Numbered from the stretch's first letter, positions 36,751 to 50,734 are shown. The stretch is DNA of 64,000 nt from Vicugna vicugna (GCA_013265495.1 MU059330.1:14439237-14503236); one strand, 5' to 3'. A program made the numbers and translations. The notes: generated by a model not told the origin, from the letters alone.

Positions 36751-37407
36751 GGACAGTCAGAGCCTGAGCAGGAGGCGGCTCTGTGGGCCACCCGGCCGGC
36801 CCAGGGCCTGCGGGCCGCTCGGGGGGAGTGTGGGATTGAGATGACCTCTCTCATCCGTCGGGAGCAGGGCTGCCCCCTCCAGGGGGCCACCAAGCCTGGG
36901 GACACTACCGCCTTCACCGTGATCGTGATGCCCGAGGACTCGGAGGAGCCCAGGGACGGGCCCCCTCTGGGCGTTTAGAGCAAGTTCGTCCCCCAAGACC
37001 CCCAGGAAGCCCCCCCCGCAGAGCTGGCCCGGCTTCCGCTTGGAGGCAGAGATGCTGGGCACCTGACGCCCGCCTTCAGACGCCGCCTGCACAGGGCCTC
37101 ACGCTCTTCCTAAGCCGGGGAAGAGGAGGGAACAGAGCCCCACTCCGGTTTGGGCCGCTTGGAAAGGTCTGAACGAGCTCTGCGTCTCACTCGCTTCGGA
37201 AGCTGTGCTTTAGCGGCAGCGCAGGTTCCTAATCACGTCTCTTGTTCCAGAAGGAGAGCGGAGTCGAGGCGGGCGGGGTGCAGTGTCTTCACTTTCATTG
37301 ATTGTCCGTGTTGATAATGGTGATGAATTTAAGTAGCTTTAAAGAAAATCCTTCAGAATTCCTTAGTCACAGTTTTATAGCAAATCATAAAACTGAATTG
37401 TAGTGGC

Positions 37408-37413
37408 AATAAA
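37408..37413 (+). terminator. ZDHHC11 polyadenylation signal AATAAA
   Basis: Canonical hexamer in an AT-rich patch about 660 nt after the stop codon. Confidence 0.75.
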
Positions 37414-38949
37414 CTTGAACTCAGTCCTGGTAGACTTTAAGTCCTTGCTTCCGGCAGAGGGCTGTCGGTGAGCCGGGCTCAGACCTCTTGGGTCCCGCAC
37501 ACCCGAGCCGCCCAGCGCTGGGCTCTGAAGCCCGGTGTGAGCAGGCCTGGGTCTGGGCCAGGCCAGTCCCCAGGTGGGAGCGGCCCCAGCCTCGTAACCG
37601 TCACTTCCCTGCCCCCAGCTGGCCAGGCTCTCGCCTACACTGGGTCACCACAGGCGGTGCCCTGATGGGCCCAGTGGCAGCCACACTCTGGTGCCACCAT
37701 GGTCACGCTTGCTATGACCATGCTTCCTGGAGCAGGTGGCCCTGGGGCAGGCTCCTTAACATTCCCGTTTCCTCCTCCGTGGGCTACGTGAGCTACGTGG
37801 TAATGATGTCTGCTTCCCAGAGGCCTGACCCTGCAGGCCCACCTGTGTGGTCCCTCGTCAGGTGAGCACACGTGGTCGAACACCAGTAGACCCTTGGCCT
37901 CACCTGCTCACTCCCATGATCTTCTTCAGTCGCTGAGTCTGTCTCCAGGTCCTTCCTCCTGACAGCCGTGTTCTCCCTTGGGGACCACCAGGAAGACCCC
38001 CGTGGGCCCTTGGGCCTCTCCAGGGTGAGCCAGCCCTCCTGCAGCCCCGCCCCACCCTCCCTGTCCCCATCAACGTGGTCAGTGGGCCCTGCCTCCAAGC
38101 TGGAGGCTGCTGACCCCTCCTGCCTGCCTCCTGGGGCACCCATCCCACACCTGCTCCCTGCCCACCCCCAGCCCCCTCTGCCTTCCTCCACTGGGGCAGG
38201 GTCCCTCTGGGCTGCTGGCTGCACTCTGGCTCCTGCCCCAGTCCCAGCCCCCTAAGTCTGCAGAGACCCGGTCCCCCCGGACCTGCTAGTGGACCTGCTG
38301 TCACCCAAGTGACTTGACTGGATTGTGGTCACAGGAGCGGCCTTGGCTGCACGCATAAGAAAGTCCATGTGGGCTCCTGGGGGAACCCAGCCTCTCACCT
38401 GACCTCGACCTGAAGAAAGGCGAGCCTCCAGCATCTGGGGGGGATGGTCTCTGCCTCCCACTCAAGCCCAGAAACCAGACGGCCCCCTAGTAGGAAGCAG
38501 GTTCAGAAGCTGGAAAGCACTGACCAAAGGATGGCCCACCTGAGTCACGGATTCGAACTAAGACTCGCAAGCGAGACACGAAGGAAGGGTTTCCAGGCTG
38601 CAGGATGGAGGCTTCACTTGCTAAAAATTGCTTTTTTTTCATTTTTCAGTTTTATTAGGTAGAATTGTTACACTTTGCACATATATAGTGTATTGTATGT
38701 AAATACATGTGTGCAACACATGCACATACTTGTTTCCGTTTACATACGTGTGCTGTTCATTGTTTCTAAGAACAGTTTAGATCTTTAGCTTTTTAAACTT
38801 ACTTAGTCATCAAAGGAATAAAGCCAACAACAAAATAAGGATCAACAGAATGCGGTGATCCAATTATAACGGACAGTCAGATGTGCTTCACATGTTCAAG
38901 AAATCAGTCATCTAAGTTACAAATAATTAGTTCATTTGTGTCCCTTTTT

Positions 38950-39130
38950 TCAGATTCCAGATACAGTGATGTCACATGGCACTTGTCTCTCTCTGGCTCA
39001 CTTCACCTAGAATGACGATCTCCAGGTCCATGCATGTTGCTGCAAATGGCATTACTTTACTCTTTTTCATGGCTGAGTAGGATTCCATGTGTATGTATAC
39101 CACAGCTTCCCCATCCAGTCATCTGTTGAT
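38950..39130 (-). mobile_element. L1 3' end fragment
   Basis: tccatgcatgttgctgcaaatggcatt...tcatggctgagtag...tccagtcatctgttgatg is typical of an L1 3' region. Confidence 0.85.
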
Positions 39131-39399
39131 GAAAAAATGCATTTTTATGACATCCTCAGTTAAAGAAAGTAAGAAAATCGTCAAGAAACTAGAGAAAGAA
39201 AGTGAGCTTGGAGGTAAAGCGTGAGCACACAGAAGGATGGGGCTTCTTTGAAACCAGGCCTTGAACCAAAAGCAGAGCTGACTGTAAGAGTCCAAGGCTA
39301 ACTCAGGGACTCCGGCAGAAATGAGCTGAACTAAGGTTAAGAGCTTACATCTCGTAGACTTCTAGGCTTCAGAGTTTAAGATCGATCAAAATAAGCTCG

Positions 39400-40230
39400 C
39401 GAACAAAGACCACAAAGAAAACACACCAATGTGAGTGGGAGTCAAAGGAAACAATAAAGGAAGTTTAGGCCCAGAAGCTTCTGGTCTGGAACTGGAAATA
39501 CAGAATATTCCATAGGATGCATGATACATTTAAATGCAGGAAGACCCCGAGAATGAGCCACAAGAAGGCTTTCTACGTGTCAGGAAGGTACGTAAGAGAC
39601 CCAAACAGCTTTCAGGAATAAATACACCTGTTAAATTAAACTTAACAGCTAAATTAAACAGCAGATTAAACACAGATGAAGAAAGAATGATTAAACTGGA
39701 AAGTAATCCTAAGAAATTACTCAGAAAGCAGACGCAGGAGAGAGGGTGAGAGATGGACAGCATGAAGGAGAGGTTAAGCACTGGAGGACAGAATGGGGCC
39801 TAAGACGAGTCTGGATGGAGACCAGGGAGACAAGAGACTGTCGGGGGGATTCTAAGAGATGCTGTGGGTGTTTCCCTGAAATTACACGGCATGACGAGCA
39901 GGTGCAGGAGGCGTCATCTATAACCAGCTGCACAGATAAGAAAGCCACTCCTGCACATCTTGTAGGGAGAGGCAGACACCACAGACAGTGTGACTTTAAA
40001 GGCCATCAGACGGAACATCACCTACAGAGGAAGAGCTGACGGACAGCAGCCTTCTCGACGGTGAAAACAGAAGGAGCGGTGCACATGTGACAGAAAGTAG
40101 CTGTCAGCCTGGACACGTGTACCCAGCAACGTCTCTTTAGGAAAAAGAGCAAACCCCACATTTTTAGACAAATAAAAGCTCAGTTACCACCAACAAATCT
40201 GCACTAAGGGGACTTTGCAAAGATAAAAAC
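39400..40230 (+). mobile_element. Decayed L1 ORF1 fragment
   Basis: A-rich remnant with ORF1-like residues (LNSRLNTDEERMIKLES). Confidence 0.65.
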
Positions 40231-40619
40231 CAAGAAGGAACAGATGCAGAGCAAACATTGACAGAAGCCACAGGGACGCTGGAGAAGTGCTTTCAACACA
40301 CCCCTCACCCACATCAGGCCCCTGGATTGCGAAAGGAGCGAAAATGCAGATTTGGACAACACAGCGAATGAGCCGGGTCCACCAGGCGTCTGCGGGACAC
40401 TGGACTCCCTTTTTAGGAAGTGTGCCCTCTCCTCAGGCACGCGAGTGGGGCCGTTTCCCAAAGCAGAGCCTGCGTAAGCCTGCCATCCGGGCGCAGGTGG
40501 GCTGTGTCCCCCGCACCTGCCCCACTGCCCTTGCTGCTTCCACAGTCCGTGCTGAGCAGGTTGGCTGGGACACCATGCTGAGTGTCCCCCACGGTCCTTG
40601 TGTCCGGGGTTCCTCGAGC

Positions 40620-41270
40620 TGCTTGCACCTGTGGTTTACAGTTTACATCAAATTTGGAAACATTCTGGCCATTGTTTCCTCTAGCATTTTTTCTGCACCC
40701 CCAACCCTAATATTTTCTCCTCCTCTTCGAGGACTTGGATTAAACATGTAGGCAGTGGCAGCTATCCCTCAGATCCCTGTTGGTTTTTTAAAAATTCTCT
40801 TCTCTCTGCTTCACTCTGGGTAGCTGCATTGCTATGCTTCTTCAGTGCCTAATCTGCCAGGCATCCTGGTCAGTGTGTTTTTCTCATCTCAAACCTTGTA
40901 GTTTTTATCTCCATGAATTTTTTTTCCGTAGGGGGAGGTAATTCAGTTTATGTCTTTCTTTAGTCTTAGAGAAGGTCCTAGGGATTGAACCCGGTACCTC
41001 GTGCATGCTAAGCATGCGATCTGACTGCATGGATTTAATCTACGGCGATCTCTCCCATGTCTCTCACTCACTCTTAGCACATGTGGAATAAGTCATAATT
41101 CTGTCTTATTGCCCTGTGTCAGTTCTGGGTTTGCTTCAAATTAGAACTATCTTCTCATGATAGGTCTTTTTTTTTGCTTCTTTGCACACCTACTAGTGCC
41201 GATGCGCTATGTGGTGATCACATTTACCCTTGGGCCCTAGGTATTTCTATTTTCTTACACATTTTCTTGA
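40620..41270 (-). mobile_element. Decayed L1 ORF1 fragment (interrupted by a SINE)
   Basis: aaatttggaaacattctggccattgtttcct is antisense to a MAENFPN-like segment. Confidence 0.65.
40931..41018 (-). mobile_element. tRNA-derived SINE, 5'-truncated
   Basis: Reverse complement ...gcatgcttagcatgcacgaggtaccgggttcaatccc...aattacctccccc. Confidence 0.82.
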
Positions 41271-41659
41271 AGATCGGTCTGAGATGCAGCCTGGCCTCTG
41301 TGCCTTGCTGCTGAGAAGTGTAGGCAAGCCCAGGACAGAGCTCAGACTACAGCTGATCACTCCTATGGAGCGGTCCCCTTGCACAGGTTTTGAAAAATGG
41401 ATTAAATGCTCACCTCATGGCTAACACAACAAGGGGATCTTAACAGTGAGCAGTATTTCTCGTTATTTCATTTGCATTGTTAGTAGTAACTTCCAGGCGA
41501 CGGTGCTGCTCAGAGCCGTGTGGGACAGCGAAGGCACAGCCCAGCTTCAACCTCGTCAGGACCGCCAGTCATGGGGAGCAGGACTCTGTTTTCCCTGTTT
41601 TTCCGACTCGAGGATTTTGTGTTTTGTTTTTGTTCGTTTTTTAAATTTTTTTTCTGGTG

Positions 41660-41756
41660 GAGGAGGTAATTAAGTTTATTTTTAGGGGAGGCACTGGGGA
41701 CTGAGCGCAGGACCTCCCCCATGCTGCACGTGTGCTCTACCGCTGAGCTACACTCC
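41660..41756 (-). mobile_element. tRNA-derived SINE
   Basis: Reverse complement ggagtgtagctcagcggtagagcac...aataaacttaattacctcc; A box and the same tail as the 40931 copy. Confidence 0.85.
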
Positions 41757-42499
41757 GCCCACCGACTCTAGAGTTGTGGACTTGCCTGCTTTCCGGAGTG
41801 TGCAACTTTCCAGGGAACGAGAATTAGAAGCCTAACTTGAGCCAGTTTTGTGCAGAAGTAGAAGCCAGAGGGGTTGAGTGGAAGGCACTGGGACCAGGAC
41901 CACATTGGTGTTGGTGGCGTGAGCCTGCTCATCCTTGGTTCCCGAAGAGTCAGGAAAACCCGTCCTCACGGACAGCAGCACGCATGGCCCCTTCTCTGGT
42001 TCAGCTCTCCAGCTTCCTCTGCTGCCTTCGCCGGGCTCCCTGGCTTGGCTGGAATCTTGGGCGTAGACAGGAGCTGCTGCCGGCACTTCTGATTCAGATG
42101 AGATCTGGGAGCAGGGCCAGGTACAGGGTGGGGGCCCGGTCCCTGCAGCCAGGACCGAGGACAGAGCCTGCAAGAATGCTGCGGGGTTGGTGGTGGTGGG
42201 TGGGCTCTGCAGCTGGGAGGGGAGGGCAGCCTCCACAGGAGGGGGTCCTGGAGGATAAAGAGGGAGGCCCTGCGCCCCAAGTCCCAGCTCTCAGCATCAG
42301 TCCCTCCCGTCAGCCCAGCCCCAGAACCTTCCGCTGAGCAACCTCCTGCCCAAGGATGGGACACTCCCTCGCGGCGCAGAGCCTGCCTGGTGGGGAGGGG
42401 CAGCAGGTGTCCGGAGAAAAGAGAGGAGAAAAGGGAAGAGACAGGACTGCGGTTTTCTCACGGGTGACCCGCGGAGGCCCATGTCGTACACAGGACTGC

Positions 42500-43750
42500 A
42501 GGCCTCCAGCTGGAGTTGGCGGGGGTGGTGGGGGGGCGCTGCCGCCGCTTGTTCCGGGGAAGACGGCCCAGCTGCGCACCGCGCCTAGTGCCCGGCACGG
42601 ATCCGCCTCCCCGCCTCGGCCCGACCCCACCCAGGCGCTCGCCCCACGCTCCTGCCGTCCACCAAACTCTCGGGGAGCGGCCGCACTTCCCGCCCCACCC
42701 TGAGCCCCCTCCGTTGGGGCCGAGCCCCATTACCCGGAATCCCTGTGTTGGCCCGCGAGTCTCCGTGGAGAGGCCAGCACCTGGTCGCCCCGCCTGGGAG
42801 GCCCATCGGGGAGCCCATCCACCCACCCGCGTCCGGGGTCCCGTGGGGCCAAGTGGGCCGCACAGGCACCGCCCCCGCCCCGCGCCGCGCGGAGCCGCTT
42901 GGCCCCGGGGCCCGCGCCGACCCGCCTTGTAAGGCAGAGGCTGCGCTCCGGCTGCCTCGATCGCCCCGCGCTCCCGGGCGGGAGGGGCCGGGGCGGAGCC
43001 GCCCAGAGCGCGCAGGGAGGGCCTGAGGGGCGTGTCGGGTGGGGGCCAGTGGGGCCCGGCCAACAGGCCGCGTCCTCCAATGAGAACGCGGGCCGGGCAG
43101 GGCGTGGGGCTGCTCAGGCGCGGAAGCGGGGAGCCGGGGCGGGCCAGTGGTGGGGCCCGGCGGGTCTAGGGCGGGCTAGAGGCCGGGGGCGGGGCTGGCC
43201 GGCCTGTGGGTGGGGCCGACGGGCTGGGGGCGGTGGCGCGAGCGCAGGCCGGGCACCGGGTCGCGCGCGACCGAGTCGCCGAGGCGCCGCCGCTGCAGTC
43301 GCCGCATCTCCGAGGTAAGTGGCCGCGGGGCTCGGTCTCGGGGAGCGGCGCGCAGGACGCGCCGCTTCTGCCACCTGCGCCCGCAGGCCGGTGCGCGCCA
43401 CTCATTCCCGGAGCGCGCCCGCGCCCCTTCCCCAAGGCCCAGTGCCTCTGTGCGCCCCGCGCCCGGAGCTTGCAGGCGATTCGCCCGGCGCTCTGGCCTC
43501 CGCGGCTGCATCGGGGCGCGGGTCTGGGGGCGCAGGAGCGCGGGCGGGAGTGGCCGTCGGTGCAAAGGACAGGTTTATAATTGGGCCCTGGATGAGGAGG
43601 CGCTGTGGCCTTTCTTCGCGTCGGTGCGTAACGCGGCGGAGAGCGCCCGTTGCAGCCCCTCCCCTCTCCGTGTCCACCGACATAAACACTGTTCCTCAAC
43701 GCCCAGGCCTGGGGTGGTGGCTGCTAGCCAGGCGGCGCTCTCCGAAAATA
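42500..43750 (+). promoter_or_regulatory. TPPP CpG-island promoter
   Basis: Very CpG-dense; CCAAT at 43077-43081; GC box GGGGCGGGGC at 43186-43195 plus other GGGCGG sites; lies directly 5' of a strong donor. Confidence 0.88.
43240..43314 (+). other. TPPP: TPPP non-coding exon 1 (5' end approximate)
   Basis: GAG|gtaagt donor at 43315 inside the CpG island; TPPP is known to have a non-coding first exon and a long first intron. Confidence 0.75.
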
Positions 43751-46700
43751 GGGCTTAGAGGGTCTGAAATGAGCCACTGTCATATAGCCCGAGTTTTAGG
43801 AGACCTAGGGCCACAGGAAGGGCTGTTTGTGTCCAGGGGCCCAGAATGAGTGTGTTCCTTTGGCGGGGACTCTGCCGCCCCTCTCGGGGTCTCAAGCCCC
43901 TCTCAGTCGGCATTAGCTTTACAGTTCGTGATCGGCGCAGGTGAGAGTGTCAGACTGCGGTTTGCAAATCCAGAAGCTTCCCGGGAGGGGTGTTATGTTT
44001 TCTTACCGCGTGTGGGCACAGAACCCGCAATCAAGATAAAGAGGTTGGCTGCCAATATATTTTTTCCACATCCCTCTGGGGACCAGTGCCCCGCTTTTGA
44101 AGGAGGATCCTGAGGAACCCTTTATTCTGCGGCTTCAGTTACGTAAATGAAGCCTTGAAGTGAGGTGGGAAGAAGCCCCATTTGGCTGCCCTCCCCCGAC
44201 TGTTGTTTTGATAGGCGTGCTGTGTTCTCTGAAGATGAGACACCTTTTAGGAGAAGCTGCCTATGCAGTCATCCATCCGTCTGCATATTTATTGGCTAAT
44301 TTGCCTGACATGTATTGGATGCTTGCTGAGTCCGCAGGGGACGCCGATAAAAGGGCCTAGCTCCCATGGCCCCCACCGCTTGCCAGCCTCCCAGGACTCC
44401 CCATGGCTAGTCTCTCAGGGAGGGCAAGCTGGGGTGGGGGGCCTCCCCAGAGCCCAGGGCAACCCCTGCCGCCTAGGAGGTGGTCAGTAAACCCTGACCT
44501 GAATTCCAAGTGCACTGGGACCACATCTGGGGATGGAGCCATGGGGCTGGAGGTGGGGAGTGCTTGGAACAGGCCGGAAATGGGGGGAGAGAAGGGGCCA
44601 GTGAGACAGGCGGTTTGCGGCACCTTAAACTGGACTCCATGATTCCTTCTCCGGCATCAGCCCCTGTTCCCACCACATAGTTGGAGACAACGGGCTGGGT
44701 GATGGCTGGGGGGGGGGCGGTGTTGCTGGTGAATCTCTTGGGAGCGTCTGCAAAGTGCATGTCACTCAGTCTGTTTTTCTGGAGAAAGGGGCTGTGGCTT
44801 CAGTGATTTCCAGAGGGACCCATGACTCAGAAAGGTACCATGATTTAAGAACCATATTGAAAATTCCTCTCCATCTTTTCGGAATCACGAAGTGATGGAG
44901 ATCAGAGGAAGCTGTGTTGGCGTCTCCTTATCTCCTTGGTGTGTTTGGCTGATCTTTCTGAATCCTTTGAAGTTGCAGTAAATAAACTGTTTTAGCTACA
45001 TACAAAGTTATAGATGCTTGTTGTGGGAAATGTGCAAATCACAGGAGAATTTCATAAAGAAAATTAAAATCACTTACCACTGATTGAGGTTTAAGAGGAA
45101 GCTTTGAGCAGCCAAGCTGTCCTCCGGGGCAGCGTCCACGTGGCTTCACTCCCTGGTGGGCAGTGGAGCTACTCCCTGCAGAAGAGGCTGAGAATTAAAA
45201 GCTTCCTCGGGGAGAGGCTGTGCTGACTTAGCGCCAGGCCTATTTATAGCTGGTGATGTTGCTGGTGAGGCTGGAGGAGCATGTACAAGAGATGCCATCT
45301 GGGGCTACTGGGGCCATGAGGCCTGGGGCCCTGCTGCACTTTGAAGCGTCATGTCCTCCTTGGCCAGGAGGTCCGTGCCCTGAGCCTGGCCTGGCACCGT
45401 CCAGAAACCAGGCCAGACCGAGGGGGCTGGGCACTGAGCCGAGTCCACCCGAGCCCACAAGCCCTGGACCAGGCGGGCCTGGGACCAGGCAGGAGGAGCA
45501 GCGCTGCCGCTGCCCCAGCGACAGAGGTGTCCTGGGAGGGCAGGCACAGAGCTGCCTGGCAGGCCTGGCCACGTCTGGGGCTCTGACATGGTCTCTCTCC
45601 ACTGTTGACCCCCCCCCCAAGACTAGCCTCCTCTTTGGGTGGAGAGGTAGCCGTGTGTCACAACCCGTGGGATCCCCGCCACTGCACCCTACCATGGCTC
45701 AGCAGCCCCTCTTCAAGAGGAAGCTTCACATTAGTTCCTGGAAGTGGCTTTGATTGGCCCTTTTGGCATCACAGAGGGGGCGCAGCCCCCAGGAGGTGTG
45801 TGTGGGGGAAGGGCAGCTCCCCAGGGCCGTGTTGCACTGTCTCCAAATCTTGTTTCCTGATAGGGAGGCAAGACTGGTTCCAGGCCCCAGATTTCCCCTC
45901 TAACTGGGCGGCAGCGTGCGGCGAGGCTCCCTGGAGTCTGAAGTCTCAGTGTCCAACCCTGAGGACCTTCTTTGACGAAGAAGTATGAAAAGTCTTTCAC
46001 AGGGCGCAAGGAAAGGGCGGTGCTTTGACTTTGGCACCAAACCAGGGTGTCTTCTGCGACCCCTTCGGCAGGGGAAGTGTGAGCTCGCCCTGGGAGAGTG
46101 GCTCATGCCCGGGTTCCTTTTTCCAGTCAGAGCTGTGGGACGCAGGGCGGCCCTCGCCTCCCTTCCAGTCTAGAAGTTAAGACCCCTCGGAGCCCTTTCT
46201 CGGCCCCCCTCCACTCCCGCTGCACAGCTTCTCTGTGCCCTTGGCGTGTCCCCGGCGTGTCCCTAGTCTCTGTCTCCTGCCCTGGGCCACATTTCCTGAG
46301 GTCTCATCCTGTATCCCTGTTGCACCTATTTGTTCAACAGACATCTGTTGACACCTGCCCAGTGCCAGGTGAGCCAGCTCAGGTGAGCCAGCGTGACCTC
46401 TGCCCTAGGAAGCTCTTACTCCCGCGAGAATGCCACAGAAGCCAGCATTCTCCAGGCGACCTGGTCCAGGCCTTACACATCGCCCTCCTGAGTCTCTGCG
46501 CCTGCGAGGCGTGGGCTGCAGACCGAGCCGCTTTTGTAGGAAGACGGTTCACCCAGCTCACCTGGGCCTCACCTCACGTCCACCAGGCTTTGCTGGGTGC
46601 TTGGTCCCCAGGTGTCCCCAAGGCTGCTCCTTCTGGACCCTTCAGATGCAGCACAGAGGCTGCCAGATGCGGTGGCTGCCCGCCCTGTTCCTGGGGAGGC

Positions 46701-47099
46701 TCCGCCTTTGTTGTGGCTTACCACCTGAGCGCATTTCCCGGGCCCGCGGTTTAGCGCCGACAGTCAGCCCTGTGACATCGCAGAGCTCTGCTGTGCTGGC
46801 CATCCGCGCGGGGAGCCCGCCCGCCGCCGTCTCCAGGCCGGCTGTGTGGGTGGTGGGTTTGGTTATTCCCGTTTTCTGGCTCCTGTGCACGGGGCTGCCT
46901 GAGCCTTCTGGCCGCTTTCTCTGCAGAACCGTGCAGGTGACTCTGCTGGGCAGACCCCGGGAGTGGAGGGCCAGGGCCCTCGGCGTCCCTCTCTCCAGCC
47001 CAGACTTGCCGGCAGCTCCCCGAAGTCGGGCTGGCGCCTGCGTTTCCTGCTAATGGGGCAGAGCCCCGCACCCCCCACGTCGCGGGCGGCTGGGGCCCT

Positions 47100-49220
47100 T
47101 CTAGCCCCTGGCTGTGTCTCCAGAGCTGTCATTCTCGCTGCCTGCCCTGCCCTCTGTGGATTCTGGAGACAAGCAGCGTTGCCGCGTGCCGCCCACCTTC
47201 TCACTACCTCAGTGATATTTTTTGGTGAACAGAAGTTCTTAATTTTAATCTTGTGCCATCCCAGGACCTTTTCCAAGGAGGTGGTGGGTTTGTGTCCTTT
47301 GTAGGGAGCCTTCCCCACCCCCAGGACGTCAGATACCCTCAAGCCTCACCTTCCTGAGGTTGCCTTTCCTGCAGCCTGAATGTTTACCTGAACCTGCATG
47401 AGTTTTCATTCAGTCAGCCCATTTACTGAGAGCCTCTCTTCCCCCCTGTCCCGGCAGGACACCCCTGTCGTAAGCCTGTCGCTGCACGTGTGTGGATGGA
47501 TTGGGGCTCTCCGGCCTGGTGGTTTACTCTCTGTCCTTCCACCGGGACCACACACCAGGCCGTCCTCATTTCCAGGACCTCCCGGCAAGTCCCCATCAGG
47601 GGCAGACCCTCCACCTGCCCCTCCTTCAAGATCTCTGGTTTATTCATGGCCCTTTGCCTTTTCGTATGTGTTTTACATTCAGCTTGTCTCACTACCCAGA
47701 CATAAGCAGTTTTGGAAGTTTTATTTGGATTAAATTAAAACTGTGGATGAATTTGGAGATAATTGATATCTTTGTAAGTTCAGCATGAATCAGCATTCGT
47801 AATACTATTCTTTCAACAGTGCTTCAGTTTTCTTTGTCGACTGTCTTAACCATCTTTTGTTTCTTTTGTTACATTTATTAGTAGCTAATTGCTGTTTCCT
47901 CACAATATTTTAGTGGTGTATTTTTAAATACCTTTTATCGTCTGTTTTTGCTGCTACAAGGACATAAGATAGATTTTTGTGTGCTGACCATGTATCCAGA
48001 GGCCTTGCTAAACGCACGTTGATTTTAATAACCTTCCTGGGATTGCACACAGCCATGGAAACTGCAGATAACGCGAGTTTCATTCCTTCCCCTGTGATGC
48101 TTGTATCATTCACTTCCTTTTCTTGCCTTATCACTGACGGTGTGGAGAAGTGGTGATGTGGACCCTGCGTCCTCCTCTCACTCCAGCTTGAAATTTTTCA
48201 ATAGTTTATTGTTAAGTATGATGATTTTTGTAGTTTTTTTAAGGCACTCAGTATCAAATTAAGGAATTTCCTTCTTTTTTTAATTTGCTGACACGTTTGA
48301 TGGTGAATCAATGCTGAACTCCATCAAATGCTTCGCCTGCATTTATCAAGACGGCGACATGATTTTGGGTCTCTGTTCTCTTATGTGATGAAATATATTG
48401 ATTAATGTTAAACCAACCTTGCATTCCTGGCATACGCCCAACTTGACTGTAAGGTGTTGATCCTTTTTCTCTCTCATCAGATTCAGCTTTTTAGGATTTT
48501 GTGTAGTGTTTTTGCATCTTTGTTTGTAAATGAGATAGGCATAAAATTTTCTGTCCTTGAGCTGCCCTTACCAGGTTTTGGTACCAAGATTATTTTAGCC
48601 AAAATGAGTGGGAGGTGGGATGCTTCATCTTCTACTCTGAAAGAATTTGTGTAAGACTGACATCATTTCTTCTTTTAACATAAGGTAGAATCTGCTGGGG
48701 AAGCCGTCTAGGCCTGGAGTTTTCTTTGTGAGAAGAGTTTTAAACAAGGATTTGAGTCCTTCATAATTATAAGAATTGGTAGTAATTATAAGAACAATGA
48801 TAAGAGTATCTATTTTTTCTTGTTACCTTTTGGTAAGGTGGCTTTTGTATTGTTCTTAGAAATCTGTGTGTTTCATTTACATTATCAAATGTACTGGATT
48901 AAAATTGTTCATAATATTTTCCTACTGTGTTTTAATCTCTAGGATCTATAGAACTTGCAGGGACGTCCTCATTTTCCATTCCTATGCTGCAGTTTTGACC
49001 TTCTCTTTTTCTTGATTAACGTCCCCAGTTGATAAATTTATCGATTTTATCAGCGCTTTCATGGCATTAACTTTTGAGGTTGTAGGCCTCTGCATTGTAG
49101 ACTTGTTTTCCAGTTTATTAATTTTTACTTTTATCTTCAGTGTTTCTGTCGTTTCTGTCCCTAATTTGCTGAGGTTTCTTCTTAACTTCTTAGGTGGCAG
49201 TTGACCTGCCTGATTTTCAT
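47100..49220 (-). mobile_element. Decayed L1 ORF2 in TPPP intron 1
   Basis: Long T-rich antisense L1 sequence, e.g. ccaggttttggtaccaag, aaaccaaccttgcattcctgg. Confidence 0.85.
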
Positions 49221-50734
49221 GTGTGTACACAACACACGCACACACATACGTGTGTGTGCACACGTTTCCACCACGTTGAGGTGTTGTCTTGGGATATTTC
49301 CAATTCCCACACGTCCTTTTTGCTGTGTTGAATCTACTGTGCTTTGAAACCCATCTGCCAAATTCTGAATTTTAATTGTTGTGCTTTGGGGGCTGGAATT
49401 TCTAAGGTGTTCTTTCTTCAGAGCTGCCGCCCTGCCTCTTTACAGCTCCCAGTTCTTGGCTGGAATTCCTCACCTTGTCCTTTTCTCCTTTGCACATGGT
49501 GTGCACTGCCCCTTGCTTCTCTGCACCCGGCATTCAATTACTTTAAACTCCATGACTGATCCAGCGCCAGTAACTAGCACCTCTGGTCCTTTCTGCCTCC
49601 CGAGGTCTCTGCGAGTTCCTGGTGCTCCCCGCCCCCCCCCCCGCCCCCGAGGCCTGGTTATTTTTTATCATGTGTAGATGCTGTTATCAGAAGAAGTTCA
49701 TAGCAGTGTTTTCTGTTTCCAGGAGCAAGCTCTTCCGCTGGAGTGTGTGTGTGTGTCCTGCCGTGTTTGGGGCTCCAGCGGTCCAGGTCCCCTGAATCCA
49801 AGTTGTGGGTTCAGAGGAGTGGATCTGACCTGTCCCCACCCGCTGGCCCTCACTCCCAGGTGGCCCTTCAGGGACAGCCGTCCTCCAGGCTCAGCCCGCA
49901 GGGCCCCGTAGCCCTCGTCCTTGCCTGCGAGCGGGGCTGGGCTGTCCAGGGTCCCCTCTCCCCAGGGGGTGGTGGGCTGGCCTGCACCCTGGGAGGCCAG
50001 AGAGCCTCCTCGTTGGTCTGGGGGCTGTTTCCCACGCCCTCCACACCTGCCCCTCACTGACGGTGTTTGCACGTCCTGCCTGTGTCTGCCTGTCCCCTCG
50101 TGGGCTGCTCGGGACAGGAGGAGCTTTGAGGCCTGAAGGTGGATGCTGTCCCCTCACCTGCAGGCTGGTCAGACCTGGTTGGCGGCGTCCAAGGTCAGGG
50201 AGGTGCCGCCCTTCTCCGCAGCGCCTCTGACTCCGTGTTCCTGTGGGCAGCCGGGCAGCCTCCCAGGTCCGGCCGCGGCTGTGAGCAGACTCCCTGTTGT
50301 CCGGGAGGCTTGGGGCTGGCCCTTGGTGGCTGTTTCTGTCCGTCTGGTCTTGGGCAGCATCCGGGCCTGGGAGCAGAGCCCGACAGCTGCCCCAGAACCT
50401 GGCTGTGCAGACCCGCAGCAGCGGCTGGGCACCCTCGGTCCGGAAGAGGCCACGGGCACCCACATGCAGCTTAACTTCTCGAATTAACGGATTTCCTGTT
50501 GAGGGTCTCGGTGTCCACCCGGTAGAGACACTCCAACTGGAGGCCACAACGGGCATCCTGGGGGCAGGTCCCTCCTTAAAGCCTCTCCTCTGGGGCCTCT
50601 GGAACCCACCCGCCTAGACCCCTGCCTGGCCTCCCTCCAGGCTCTGTGCCACCTCCCAGGGCTCCACTCGTCTGCCTCTGGAGCTCTCTTCTCTGGGGGA
50701 GGGACCCCTTCTGGTTTCCCTGCTGTGGGAGGGT

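Noticed and set aside
37751-37760. TCCTTAAC U12-like branch sequence downstream of ZDHHC11
   Set aside because: No AG/AC at a suitable distance and no partner U12 donor.
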